From positions 32,001 to 96,000 of the IMG/VR virus record IMGVR_UViG_3300018022_000003: a stretch of 64,000 nt of DNA. One strand, written 5' to 3'. Origin of the DNA: a virus. A model generated the notes under the pieces. The model was not told where the DNA came from. It saw nothing but the letters and a program-made list of their open reading frames with translations, and searched no databases. The translations under genes were made by a program, and so were the position numbers. This document shows positions 23,654 to 32,663 of this stretch, piece by piece. The stretch's first letter is position 1. Every line of letters begins with the position of its first letter.

Positions 23654-24757
23654 ATGTACCTGGCATTGCTCCTGATACTCCCGCTTCTGCTGTGCTTCCT
23701 GGCAAAGTACGTCTTCTGGAAGGACAGCTTCGGGTGGGCACCCTTCCTTATCACCATGGGGGCCTGCATCCTCGTCACCCTAGGCGGGCTGGCCATCGAG
23801 TTCTACGGCACCACGTCCGACACCGAGGTATGGAGCGGCAGCATCACGGGCAAGGAGCGCCGGGTAGTCCCGTGCAGCCATTCCTACCCCTGCAACTGCC
23901 ACGAGGTCTGCACGGGGTCGGGCAAGGACGAGAGCTGCTCCGAGCACTGCGACACCTGCTACGAGCACTCCTTCGACGTTGACTGGATGGTATACTTCTC
24001 CACGGGGAAGGCCATCAACATCGCCAGGGAAGACCGCCAGGGACTCATAGAGCCTAAGCGGTGGGACGCCGCCTACCTCGGGGAGCCTACCACCGAGGCG
24101 CACAGCTTCACCAACTACCTGCTGGCCGCCCCGGACAACGTCCTGCTGCGGCACGATGCCCCCAGGGGGTTCGAGGGGCTGGTGCCCGCCTACCCCGGGC
24201 AGGTCTACGACTACTACAGATGCAATAGGTTCCTGCTGGGGGGAGGGGTGCCCGTCCAGGGGGAGAAGGACTGGCGCTGGCTGCTGGACAGGCTGAACGC
24301 CGACCTGGGCGGCGTCAAGCAGGTGAACGTCATCATCGTCCTTGCCTATACCTCCGACCCCCGGTACGAGTACGCCTTGCAGAAGGCATGGGTCGGGGGG
24401 AAGAAGAACGACCTCGTGGTCTGCATCGGCGTCACGAGGTACCCCAGGATTGACTGGTGCCGCATCGTCTCCTGGACCACGGACGAGAGCATCAAGGTCC
24501 TGCTCCGGGACGACATACAGGGCATAGGGACGCTGGACAGGCGGGACGACATCATGGGGGCGATACGGAGGGAGACCGCTGTCCACTTCCACAGGCGGCA
24601 CATGAAGGACCTCAAGTACCTTGCCGCAGCGCACCAGCCCAGCGGCACGGCGCTGCTCGTCATCCTGCTGCTGGAGGTAGCCAGCGTGGCAGGGGGGGTC
24701 TACGTGTCCTACCGCATGCAGGAGGAAGGCTACCATCGTTATAGCGGATATTACTGA
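23654..24757 (+). CDS. Membrane protein with a Cys-rich loop and a TPM/DUF477-like domain
   Basis: Two N-terminal and one C-terminal hydrophobic helices; CSHSYPCNC...CSEHCDTC; W.GGKKNDLVV. Confidence 0.65.
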   Translation: MYLALLLILPLLLCFLAKYVFWKDSFGWAPFLITMGACILVTLGGLAIEFYGTTSDTEVWSGSITGKERRVVPCSHSYPCNCHEVCTGSGKDESCSEHCDTCYEHSFDVDWMVYFSTGKAINIAREDRQGLIEPKRWDAAYLGEPTTEAHSFTNYLLAAPDNVLLRHDAPRGFEGLVPAYPGQVYDYYRCNRFLLGGGVPVQGEKDWRWLLDRLNADLGGVKQVNVIIVLAYTSDPRYEYALQKAWVGGKKNDLVVCIGVTRYPRIDWCRIVSWTTDESIKVLLRDDIQGIGTLDRRDDIMGAIRRETAVHFHRRHMKDLKYLAAAHQPSGTALLVILLLEVASVAGGVYVSYRMQEEGYHRYSGYY

Positions 24758-24774
24758 AAACAAAGGAGAACCAA

Positions 24775-25362
24775 ATGAGGAGCGAGAGAGGCGCAATATC
24801 TGCACTGGCAGTCACCCTGCTGGCCGTCCTGGGGGTCCTGCTGGTCATCGGCGGGTCCCTGGTACTGGGCTACATCGACTTCGGCAGCGAGGCCAACCGC
24901 TTCGAGAACAGCATCAAGGCGGCCTGGACCAACAACCAAAACGTCTACGACAACGGCTGGAAGGCCGTGATGGAAAAGGCGCAGGTGCCGAAGGAGTACA
25001 TCAGCCAAGTCAAGGACGCCTACACCGCCGTCATGACCGGCCGCTACGGTGCCAGCGGAAGCCGAGCCCTGCTCCAGCTTATCAAGGAGGATAACCCGAA
25101 GCTGGACCCGTCCGTGTACATCCAGGTCCAGCAGTCGGTCGAGATATTCCACAACCAGTTCTCCCAGGCGCAGGCGGAGCTGGTGTCCCGGAAGCAGGAG
25201 TACATGAACCTTTACACCGGCACCAGGCACGGGCGCTTCTACAATATGTTCGCCCACTACCCGCACATCGACATGAGCAAGTTCGACATCGTGACGTCGG
25301 AGAAGACGCAGCAGGACTTTGGCACGAAGAAGGCCGAGCCGCTCAAGCTGTTCCAGCCATGA
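24775..25362 (+). CDS. LemA-like membrane-anchored protein
   Basis: N-terminal TM helix followed by helical coiled coil (N..E..I.A, QVP, NP.LD); paired with a TPM-like gene as in other phages. Confidence 0.55.
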   Translation: MRSERGAISALAVTLLAVLGVLLVIGGSLVLGYIDFGSEANRFENSIKAAWTNNQNVYDNGWKAVMEKAQVPKEYISQVKDAYTAVMTGRYGASGSRALLQLIKEDNPKLDPSVYIQVQQSVEIFHNQFSQAQAELVSRKQEYMNLYTGTRHGRFYNMFAHYPHIDMSKFDIVTSEKTQQDFGTKKAEPLKLFQP

Positions 25363-25643
25363 CGTACCTAGTTGACTACCTGGACGGCATCCAGTCCCCA
25401 CGCCTCATGGCAGTGTCGGAGTCCGTCTGGCGTATCCTCAGGGCGATGGCGGACAGGTACCCCTGCGACATAGTCCTGTCCAACGGCTACACAAGGGGGG
25501 AGGAGGAGCCCTTGGAGCGGCTTGTCCTCCTCCGCAAGGGATGCCCAGGGGAGATAGTAGTAGAGCTTATGAAGGGACGCACGCCTTCGTGCAATCCGGC
25601 CAGATTGCATGAGAGGATACAACCGGGAGGGGACGGTGGATAA
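25359..25643 (+). CDS. Hypothetical protein
   Basis: ATGA overlap with the previous gene. Confidence 0.5.
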   Translation: MTYLVDYLDGIQSPRLMAVSESVWRILRAMADRYPCDIVLSNGYTRGEEEPLERLVLLRKGCPGEIVVELMKGRTPSCNPARLHERIQPGGDGG

Positions 25644-25839
25644 CGACGAGCTTGTGGCAAAGGTCGTGGAGATGCGCAGGGAGCAGGCGATGGTGGCCGC
25701 CCTCAGGGCAGCCATCAACACCATGCCCTTCGGGGCCTCCATGCTGGAGTGCGCCATCGTCGCCGACACGGTCCTCGACAGGCTGGAGGGCAACCCCGAG
25801 GGGCTTAGGGCGCTGATAGAGAAGTGGGGGGACGGGTAG
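25609..25839 (+). CDS. Hypothetical protein (start may be downstream)
   Basis: ORF within the operon. Confidence 0.5.
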   Translation: MRGYNREGTVDNDELVAKVVEMRREQAMVAALRAAINTMPFGASMLECAIVADTVLDRLEGNPEGLRALIEKWGDG

Positions 25840-25840
25840 C

Positions 25841-26071
25841 ATGGGCACATGTAAGACCAACGACGACGCCACGGAGGCCACGCTCCACGGGTACGTCCAC
25901 TGCGTGGACGGGGAGCTTGTGTTCAGGGCCAAGTTCGGGGAGAGGGACTCCGACTGGACGGACCTGCCCTCGGGGTGGCTCAGAAAGAGCCTGGACCTGC
26001 CGGAGTTCGTCGGCGGCATCAGGACGGTGGACATAGCCCTTATCATAAGGGTAGGGCAGGCCAGGAGGTAA
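25841..26071 (+). CDS. Hypothetical protein
   Basis: ORF within the operon. Confidence 0.55.
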   Translation: MGTCKTNDDATEATLHGYVHCVDGELVFRAKFGERDSDWTDLPSGWLRKSLDLPEFVGGIRTVDIALIIRVGQARR

Positions 26072-26077
26072 AGGCAG

Positions 26078-26293
26078 ATGAAGAACATAAGGCTTGAGGT
26101 GCCGCCCATTAGGCAGAAGAGCATCGAGACGTGCATAGCGACGCTGACCGTCGAGACCGAGGACGGGCGCACCATCCGCAAGGAGCTGGACTTCAGCGGC
26201 AACGCCATCGGCCCGGTGAGGTACGGCGCACGCCTTGTCGTCCAAGCGCTGGCAGAGGCGCAGGCAGAGGAGGGGGTTAATGGACAGGCCTAG
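26078..26293 (+). CDS. Hypothetical protein
   Basis: ORF within the operon. Confidence 0.55.
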   Translation: MKNIRLEVPPIRQKSIETCIATLTVETEDGRTIRKELDFSGNAIGPVRYGARLVVQALAEAQAEEGVNGQA

Positions 26294-27368
26294 CTTCGGG
26301 GTCATCGTGGGGAGGTTCCAGTGCCACGAGCTTCACGACGGGCACATGGAGCTGTTCCGCATCGTGCGTGGCCGCCACAGCCGGGCAATCGTGTTCCTGG
26401 GGTGCAACAGGGTCGGCCCCACCCGGCACGACCCCCTGGACTTCGAGACACGCAAGCGCATGATTCAGGCGAAGTTCCCCGACTTTACCGTCCTTCCCCT
26501 CAGGGACAAGAAGACCGACGAGGAGTGGAGCAGGGAGCTGGACTCCCGCATCTCCGACGCCGTGGGCGAGGTGCCGGCCGAGGTCGTGCTCTACGGGAGC
26601 CGGGACAGCTTCGCCCCGTTCTACCACGGCTCGCACCCCGTCAAGGAGCTGGAGCTGCTCAACGTCCCCAAGGCGCTCAGCAGCACGGAGGTACGTGCCA
26701 TCCTGACCAACACTGTCATGGAGTCGGCGGACTTCCGGGCGGGGGTCATCTATGCCATGGGGCAGCTATGGCCGAGGGTCGTCACCGTGGTGGACATCGC
26801 TGTCGTCCACAAGTGCAGGTGGGGGCCTGCCGGGGCCTCTGTGCCTGGGCTGTGCGTCCTGGTCGGCAAGAAGTCCGACGATGTCCTCTGGCGGTTTCCT
26901 GGCGGGCATGCACTCTTCACCACCGACTCCTTCGAGGCAGACGCCAAGAAGGAGGTCTTCGAGGAGACAGGCCTGGATGTCTACAGCATCGAGTATGTCG
27001 GCTCCCGCAGGGTGGATAGCTGGCGCTGGAAGTCCGAGCCTTCCGAGGGCTACAAGACCCTGTTCTTCGTCGCCGAGAGCATGACGATGGGCGGGCACGG
27101 GGCGGACGACCTCCCCGTGACCCAGTGGTTCCGCCTCGACGACCTGACCGAGGACGATATCGAGAAGGAGCACAAGCCCCTCTTCAGGATGCTTGTCGGC
27201 CACGTCACCGGGAAGTGGGGCTACACCCTGAGGCCACTAGGGGGATGGCGACCCGGCGAGACAGAGGCCAGCATGCCATATGCTGCTACCCCTCTTGCCA
27301 ACATCATAGCTCCCCCGGCACTGATATATACAGAAGGAGACAAGAATGCCGCAGCCGTTGAGGATTAA
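26280..27368 (+). CDS. nadM: Bifunctional NMN adenylyltransferase / Nudix (ADP-ribose pyrophosphatase), NadM-Nudix type
   Basis: GVIVGRFQ..ELHDGH (HxGH), LYGSRDSF and SSTEVR; C-terminal Nudix FPGG...AKKEVFEETG. Confidence 0.9.
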   Translation: MDRPSFGVIVGRFQCHELHDGHMELFRIVRGRHSRAIVFLGCNRVGPTRHDPLDFETRKRMIQAKFPDFTVLPLRDKKTDEEWSRELDSRISDAVGEVPAEVVLYGSRDSFAPFYHGSHPVKELELLNVPKALSSTEVRAILTNTVMESADFRAGVIYAMGQLWPRVVTVVDIAVVHKCRWGPAGASVPGLCVLVGKKSDDVLWRFPGGHALFTTDSFEADAKKEVFEETGLDVYSIEYVGSRRVDSWRWKSEPSEGYKTLFFVAESMTMGGHGADDLPVTQWFRLDDLTEDDIEKEHKPLFRMLVGHVTGKWGYTLRPLGGWRPGETEASMPYAATPLANIIAPPALIYTEGDKNAAAVED

Positions 27369-28785
27369 CCCGGTGTTCAGGACCGACAGCTACAAACTGT
27401 CCCACTGGTTCCAGTACCCGCCTGACACGGAGCACGTCTACAGCTACCTGATGTCCCGTGGGGGGTTCTGGAAGCACACGCTGTTCTTCGGCCTCCGGTA
27501 CATCCTCAAGGCGTACTTCGAGGGGGTGGTGTTCAGCGAGAGGGACATCTTCGAGGCCGCCGCCAAGAGCCATGCCCACTTCGGGTCGGACAAGGTCTTC
27601 AACTACTGCGGGTGGATGCGCCTGCTGGAGAAGCACGGCGGCCGGCTCCCCCTGCGTGTCCGGGCCGTCCCCGAGGGCACGGTGGTCCCCGTCAAGCATC
27701 CCATTATGACCATCGAGAACACGGACAGGGAGTTCCCGTGGCTGACCAACTGGGCGGAGACCATCCTGCTGCACGTCTGGTACCCTACCACGGTCAGCAC
27801 CCTGTCCTTCGAGGTCAGGCAGGCCATCGGGAACGACCTCGTGCGGACCGGCACTCCGTCCCTGCTGGACTTCAAGCTGCACGACTTCGGCTACAGGGGG
27901 GTATCCTCCCTGGAGACGTCCGCCATCGGCGGGGCGGCCCACTTGGTGAACTTCCTCGGCACCGACACCACGTCCGCCCTTGAGCTGTGCGAGCAGTTCT
28001 ACGACTGCCCCATGGCGGGGTTCAGCATCCCGGCGATGGAGCACAGCACCGTGACAGCCTGGGGCGAGGACAACGAGCAGGAGGCCTATGCCAACATGCT
28101 CGACCGTGCCCCGACCAGCCTGATAGCGTGCGTCATCGACAGCTACGACACGCACCGTGCCGTTGCCGAGATATTCGGCGGGGCGCTGCGGGAGAAGGTC
28201 CTCCGCCGTGAGGGCACGGTGGTCCTGCGCCCCGACTCTGGCGACCCCTGCATCGTCATCGAGGACATCTTCAACACGGTCGCCGAGAAGTTCGGGTTCG
28301 AGACGAACAGCAAGGGCTGGAAGGTGATGCCCCCCCAGGTCCGTCTAATCCAGGGCGACGGCGTGAACTACCAGAACATCCTCCGCATTAACTCGCACCT
28401 TACCCGTGCGGGATGGTCCATGGACAACTGGGGGTACGGCATGGGAGGGGCCCTGCTCCAGCAGCAGAACCGTGACACCATGCGGTTCGCCATCAAGTGC
28501 TCCGCCATCAAGCGGGACGGCAGCACGTGGGAGGAGGTCCGCAAGCTGGTGGCCACCGACCCGAGCAAGGCGTCCATCGGCGGCAGGTTCGACCTGCTCC
28601 GCTTCCCGGACGGCGAGGTCGAGACGGTGCAGACGGACGACTGGGACCCCCGGACGGCCATCGGCTGCCAGAACATGCTGGAGACGGTGTTCGAGGACGG
28701 GGAGGTAAAGCGCCACCAGACCCTCGAACAGGTGAGGGGGATACGTGCCACCTACGACCGCTTCGACAAGGAGGAAGAGGGATGA
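27346..28785 (+). CDS. nadV: Nicotinamide phosphoribosyltransferase (NAMPT)
   Basis: RTDSYKLSH, LHDFGYRG, IPAMEHST, VIDSYD, LRPDSGDP, IQGDG and GMGGALLQ. Confidence 0.95.
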   Translation: MPQPLRINPVFRTDSYKLSHWFQYPPDTEHVYSYLMSRGGFWKHTLFFGLRYILKAYFEGVVFSERDIFEAAAKSHAHFGSDKVFNYCGWMRLLEKHGGRLPLRVRAVPEGTVVPVKHPIMTIENTDREFPWLTNWAETILLHVWYPTTVSTLSFEVRQAIGNDLVRTGTPSLLDFKLHDFGYRGVSSLETSAIGGAAHLVNFLGTDTTSALELCEQFYDCPMAGFSIPAMEHSTVTAWGEDNEQEAYANMLDRAPTSLIACVIDSYDTHRAVAEIFGGALREKVLRREGTVVLRPDSGDPCIVIEDIFNTVAEKFGFETNSKGWKVMPPQVRLIQGDGVNYQNILRINSHLTRAGWSMDNWGYGMGGALLQQQNRDTMRFAIKCSAIKRDGSTWEEVRKLVATDPSKASIGGRFDLLRFPDGEVETVQTDDWDPRTAIGCQNMLETVFEDGEVKRHQTLEQVRGIRATYDRFDKEEEG

Positions 28786-29843
28786 CGACCACCATCGAGA
28801 CAAGGACGGCCGAGGTGACCTTCGAGGTCAGGGTGGAGCAGTGGTGGTCAGACGGCGTCCGCCGCCGTGAGAGCACGGGCACGGACGACTACGAGGAGGC
28901 GCTGAGGGTTCTCCGCCAGAAGATGGCGGAGTCCCTCGTCCTGGGCACGCCAGCACCAGCCAGCCTGACGGTCGCTAGCCTAGTGGAGGCGAAGCTGGCG
29001 AACGAGAAGGCAGAAGGCTTCAAGGATACAGCCAGCAACCGCCAGCGGTGGGAGGGCCACCTGAGGGCGGCCCTGGGCGATATAAAGGTGCGTGACCTGA
29101 AGGCGTCCACCATGCGTGAGTACCGTGCCAGGCGGAGGGCGGAGGGCGCACCCGACTCCACCATCAATAGGGAGCTGTCGGTCGTCCGTGCCGCCTACAG
29201 GCTGGCGTGGAAGGACGACTTAATCACCCTGGCGGATATCCCCCACTTCCCCATGGCCAGCGAGGCGGGCAGCAGGCGCAAGGGATTCCTGCGGGACGAC
29301 CAGTACCAACAGGTCTTCGACGCCTGCATGCATGAGGGCCTGTGGCTTGCATCGGCCTTCCAGGTCGCCAACGACTTCGGCTGGCGCAGGGGAGAGGTCT
29401 TCCCCATGCTGGTCAGCCAGCTTGACTTCTCGGGCAAGGGCAGCATACACTTGCCTGACAGCAAGAACGGCGAGGGGCGGCTGATGCCTATGACCGACAA
29501 GGTGAGGGAGATGCTGGCGCAGTGCATAGCGGGAAAGGCCCCCACGGACTTCGTCTTTACCCGTGACGGCGGCCGTCCCGTGAAGTCCCACTACAAGGCA
29601 TGGAGGCGTGCCGTGGCGGAGGTAGGCGACCTGCACTTCCACGACCTGCGGCGGACAGCGACCAGGAACCTCGTCCGTGCTGGCGTCCCCAAGTCCGTGG
29701 CGCAGCAGGTGACGGGCCACCTCGACCCCAAGGTCTTCGACCGCTACAACATCACCGACCTCGTAGACCTGGAGGGCGCAGCCGAGGCACTGGACAGAAA
29801 GTCCAGCCATACTTCAGCCATACTGGAACCTGCAAGTGCTTGA
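28782..29843 (+). CDS. int: Tyrosine recombinase / phage integrase
   Basis: Catalytic R (GWRRGE), K (SKNG), HDLRR, TGH and Y (RYN); SAM-like core-binding region TINREL. Confidence 0.93.
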   Translation: MTTTIETRTAEVTFEVRVEQWWSDGVRRRESTGTDDYEEALRVLRQKMAESLVLGTPAPASLTVASLVEAKLANEKAEGFKDTASNRQRWEGHLRAALGDIKVRDLKASTMREYRARRRAEGAPDSTINRELSVVRAAYRLAWKDDLITLADIPHFPMASEAGSRRKGFLRDDQYQQVFDACMHEGLWLASAFQVANDFGWRRGEVFPMLVSQLDFSGKGSIHLPDSKNGEGRLMPMTDKVREMLAQCIAGKAPTDFVFTRDGGRPVKSHYKAWRRAVAEVGDLHFHDLRRTATRNLVRAGVPKSVAQQVTGHLDPKVFDRYNITDLVDLEGAAEALDRKSSHTSAILEPASA

Positions 29844-29882
29844 GGGCCTGTAGCTCAGAAGGATAGAGCAACGGTTTCCTAA
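29844..29882 (+). mobile_element. 5' half of tRNA-Arg(CCU), probable attP core
   Basis: GGGCCTG-TA-GCTC-AGAAGGATA-GAGC-A-ACGGT-TTCCTAA begins 1 nt after the integrase stop. tRNA homology ends at the anticodon loop. Confidence 0.8.
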
Positions 29883-29895
29883 TCCATTCCCAGGC

Positions 29896-29980
29896 ATTGT
29901 GTATCCTCGTATATCCAGGTGTGATGTTGCTAAGGACAAAGAATCAAGGGGTTACACGGAGATACACAATCTACACGAGG
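29896..29980. repeat. Inverted repeats next to the attP core
   Basis: ATTGTGTATC (29896) / GATACACAAT (29961); CCTCGTATA (29905) / TACACGAGG (29972). Confidence 0.55.
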
Positions 29981-30041
29981 CTACATCTGTAAGCCATCCA
30001 GTAGCAAGGACTTCCTCTCCGGCCCATACTTCGGCCATACA

Positions 30042-30078
30042 AGAATCCCTGGCCTAGGCGTGTAGATTGGTGTATACT
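30042..30078 (+). promoter_or_regulatory. Bipartite promoter-like motif AGAATCC-N22-TGTATACT
   Basis: Copy upstream of the 30100 ORF. Confidence 0.7.
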
Positions 30079-30099
30079 GTAGGTGGAGGCAATCACCAC

Positions 30100-30252
30100 A
30101 TGGCAAACGACACCAAGACCGCCGCCGAGAAAAAGGCTGCCGACCTTGAGAGGGTGAAGGCCCTCTTCCAGTTGCGTGACAGTTCCGCCCCTGGCTCTCC
30201 CGAGGAGAAGGCCGCCGTGAAGGCCATTGCCGAGTGGATATTTGGAGGCTAG
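30100..30252 (+). CDS. Small hypothetical protein (50 aa)
   Basis: GGAGG RBS after the promoter motif. Confidence 0.6.
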   Translation: MANDTKTAAEKKAADLERVKALFQLRDSSAPGSPEEKAAVKAIAEWIFGG

Positions 30253-30305
30253 CAGCTAGGTCCCGCCAGCGGGGCGGGCAGACCATCGAAAGAGAGGATA
30301 CAAAG

Positions 30306-30524
30306 ATGAAAGGCTTGCTCGTAGCTATCCTGGTCGTGCTGGTGCTTGGCTTCTGCGGCGTGCTTCCGGCCGTGCTTGGAACCCTTGCGGTCCTGTCGCT
30401 TGTCGCCCTGGCCTGCTGGGGCATCTACCGTGTGCTGCGCAGCCCGGCAGTGTGGACAATCCTGGCTGCTCTGGTCATCGTCGGGATGGTCGTGGTCATC
30501 GTAGGCTTTGCCCTTGGTGGATAA
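30306..30524 (+). CDS. Small hydrophobic membrane protein
   Basis: Two to three hydrophobic segments. Confidence 0.55.
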   Translation: MKGLLVAILVVLVLGFCGVLPAVLGTLAVLSLVALACWGIYRVLRSPAVWTILAALVIVGMVVVIVGFALGG

Positions 30525-30589
30525 GACGGCTACCCGTCCCCCTGCGGGGCAAGCCTCTATGGGAGGCAACTGAGACAGGAGAAAACACA

Positions 30590-31291
30590 ATGGCAGATGC
30601 AATCGTAAGGATGGTAGGTGGGAAGCCCGTCATCACGGACAGGAACGGGCGTACTATCTCATTGAAAAAGAAAGGAATCATTTACCTGCTTATCGACGTG
30701 TCCGAGAGCATGATGGCCTTTGTCGGCCCTCGGGACTGGCTGAAAAATGTTCCCCTCACAAGGCAGGCAGGCCGGGACGGCGCTTCGGTAAACATCGTTC
30801 CCTGGGAACATATTGGCAACCACAAGACCAAGCTCCAGGTTGCCCTGGCGGGCGTGGCGGCATTTTCAGATACCGCCCTCAAGACCAAAGTGGTGGGAAT
30901 AGCGGCATTCGCCTCGGCTGCCCGTATCTGTCAGCAGCCCACCCATGACAGGGAGAAGCTGGCCGATAGCCTATCCTCCATGGAAAGCCATCCCCTGAAT
31001 GGCGGGGGCACCAACATGGCGGATGCCCTGCGCCTGCTTTTGCAGCCTGGGCTGTCGCCTATAGAGACGGTCATTGTGGTTACCGATGGCATGCCTCAGG
31101 ACAGGGAGGGGGCATTGCTCTATGGCAAGATGCTAAAGGATGGGGGTACGGAAATCCTGGTCATCAGCACGGAGGATGCTGACCGGAATTTCCTGGGCGG
31201 GCTGGCATCGAGGCAAGACCTTTCCATCCATGCTACCGACGAGAACTTGGGGCAGGCCATCACGGACTGCGCCAGACTGCTGAGGGCATAA
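30590..31291 (+). CDS. von Willebrand factor A (vWA) domain protein
   Basis: MIDAS motif IDVSESM, plus GGTNMADAL and VVTDGMP. Confidence 0.88.
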   Translation: MADAIVRMVGGKPVITDRNGRTISLKKKGIIYLLIDVSESMMAFVGPRDWLKNVPLTRQAGRDGASVNIVPWEHIGNHKTKLQVALAGVAAFSDTALKTKVVGIAAFASAARICQQPTHDREKLADSLSSMESHPLNGGGTNMADALRLLLQPGLSPIETVIVVTDGMPQDREGALLYGKMLKDGGTEILVISTEDADRNFLGGLASRQDLSIHATDENLGQAITDCARLLRA

Positions 31292-32220
31292 TGGCCGACG
31301 AAACCTACTACGAAATCCTTGACGTACCCAGGACGGCAGGGCAGGATAGGATACTGACAAGCTATCGCTCCCTTGCCAAGCAGTTCCACCCCGACAGGGA
31401 GCCGGGGGTCAACCCTGGGGTTCGGAAGCTGATGACCAGGAGGTTCCAGCAGGTCAGCGAGGCGTATAGCACGCTGAAAGACCCCGCCAAGCGCAGGGAG
31501 TACGATGCGGCCCTGGACATGCTGGAGTCCCCCGAGTACTACCAGCCCATGGTGGTCCAGCCTCCTCCCCATTCCTCTTCCCCTTCGCCTGTACGGAGGG
31601 CGTCGCCTAAATGGCAGCCGTTGTGGGCCTCCAACAACCTACGGGGTATGGCAATAGGGACCATATTCTGCCTTGCGGCTATCCTTCCGCTTGTTTTAAT
31701 GTGTCTCGACCCTTCTGGTAAGAAGGCTGCCGCCGCACCGACCGTCCAGGCAACGCCGACTGTACGGAAGGCCCCTGCTCCTGTTGTCGTTAAACCTGCT
31801 ACCGTAGCTCCTGCGCCTGTAGTCAGGCCCGTGAAAGACAAGGTCGTCAAGACAGCAGAGAAGCCGGTTGTCGAGGCAGCAGAGAAGCCGCCTTCTGTCA
31901 GGTTCGGATGGGCTACGATGACCCAAGACAGCAGGATTTTTGAATCATGGGGAAAGGACAGCCACGGCAACCTTCTTTTCTATGGTGCCAGTTCTGCACA
32001 TTGTCTCAGCGCAGGCGAACGGGTCGAGACAAGGGGCAGCCAGACGAATGCTTCCGGAGAGGGCTATAGGCTTGTCAGGACATCTGATGACAGGGAAGGA
32101 TGGGTGTGGAGAAACGACGTGCAGGTTGATGACATTAGCGGCAACGAGGGATGGCAGGACTATGCCCCGTCCAGTACAGAGGAAAAGAAGCGCCCCTCTG
32201 CCATTACCCCCTTACCATAG
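31291..32220 (+). CDS. J-domain (DnaJ-like) membrane protein with a C-terminal SH3-like domain
   Basis: YYEILDV, QFHPD and FQQVSEAYSTL; then a TM helix, Pro/Ala linker and V.T.DDREGWV. Confidence 0.85.
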   Translation: MADETYYEILDVPRTAGQDRILTSYRSLAKQFHPDREPGVNPGVRKLMTRRFQQVSEAYSTLKDPAKRREYDAALDMLESPEYYQPMVVQPPPHSSSPSPVRRASPKWQPLWASNNLRGMAIGTIFCLAAILPLVLMCLDPSGKKAAAAPTVQATPTVRKAPAPVVVKPATVAPAPVVRPVKDKVVKTAEKPVVEAAEKPPSVRFGWATMTQDSRIFESWGKDSHGNLLFYGASSAHCLSAGERVETRGSQTNASGEGYRLVRTSDDREGWVWRNDVQVDDISGNEGWQDYAPSSTEEKKRPSAITPLP

Positions 32221-32233
32221 GCGGGGGGTCTAG

Positions 32234-32443
32234 CTACCTGTCCCCCTGCGGGACAAGCCTCTCCTCTATCTCTCCCACGGGGCAGGCGAAGTCGCCATAG
32301 CTGTCCGGGTCGCTGCGGTAGAGGACGGCGCTCTTCTGCGAGTGGCGCTCCTCTAGGTTAGGCCCCTTCGCCGAGCCTGCCAGCAGCGCCTCCACGTAGT
32401 GCCCTATGGCCTGCATGCGCCTGTCCCTCTCTGCGGTCAGCAC
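32234..32443 (-). pseudogene. Minus-strand 3' gene fragment or small ORF
   Basis: 69-codon ORF running opposite to both neighbours, back-to-back with the ligase fragment. Confidence 0.35.
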
Positions 32444-32636
32444 CCAGGCCGTCTACCGGGGCAACCTCAGCCGCCAGTTCATCGAGGACGTGAGGAAGGG
32501 CGTATACCCTGTATGGGAGGGGGTCGTTGCCAAGGGCGAAGGCTTCATGGTCAAGGTCAAGACCCTTGCCTACCTCGCCCGGCTGAAGGAGGTCTTCGGC
32601 GGCCGGGAGGAGGACTTTGGCAGGTATTGGGAGTAA
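32406..32636 (+). pseudogene. C-terminal fragment of an ATP-dependent RNA ligase-like protein
   Basis: VYRG...EGVVAKG...MVKVKTLAYL resembles nucleotidyltransferase motifs IV and V; no KxDG motif I upstream. Confidence 0.5.
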
Positions 32637-32663
32637 ACTAAACCAAGCAAAGGAGATACAAAG

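Noticed and set aside
29844-29882. Reading the tRNA-Arg half as a prophage/host boundary
   Set aside because: Phage-type genes and the same promoter motif occur on both sides, which fits attP rather than attL or attR.
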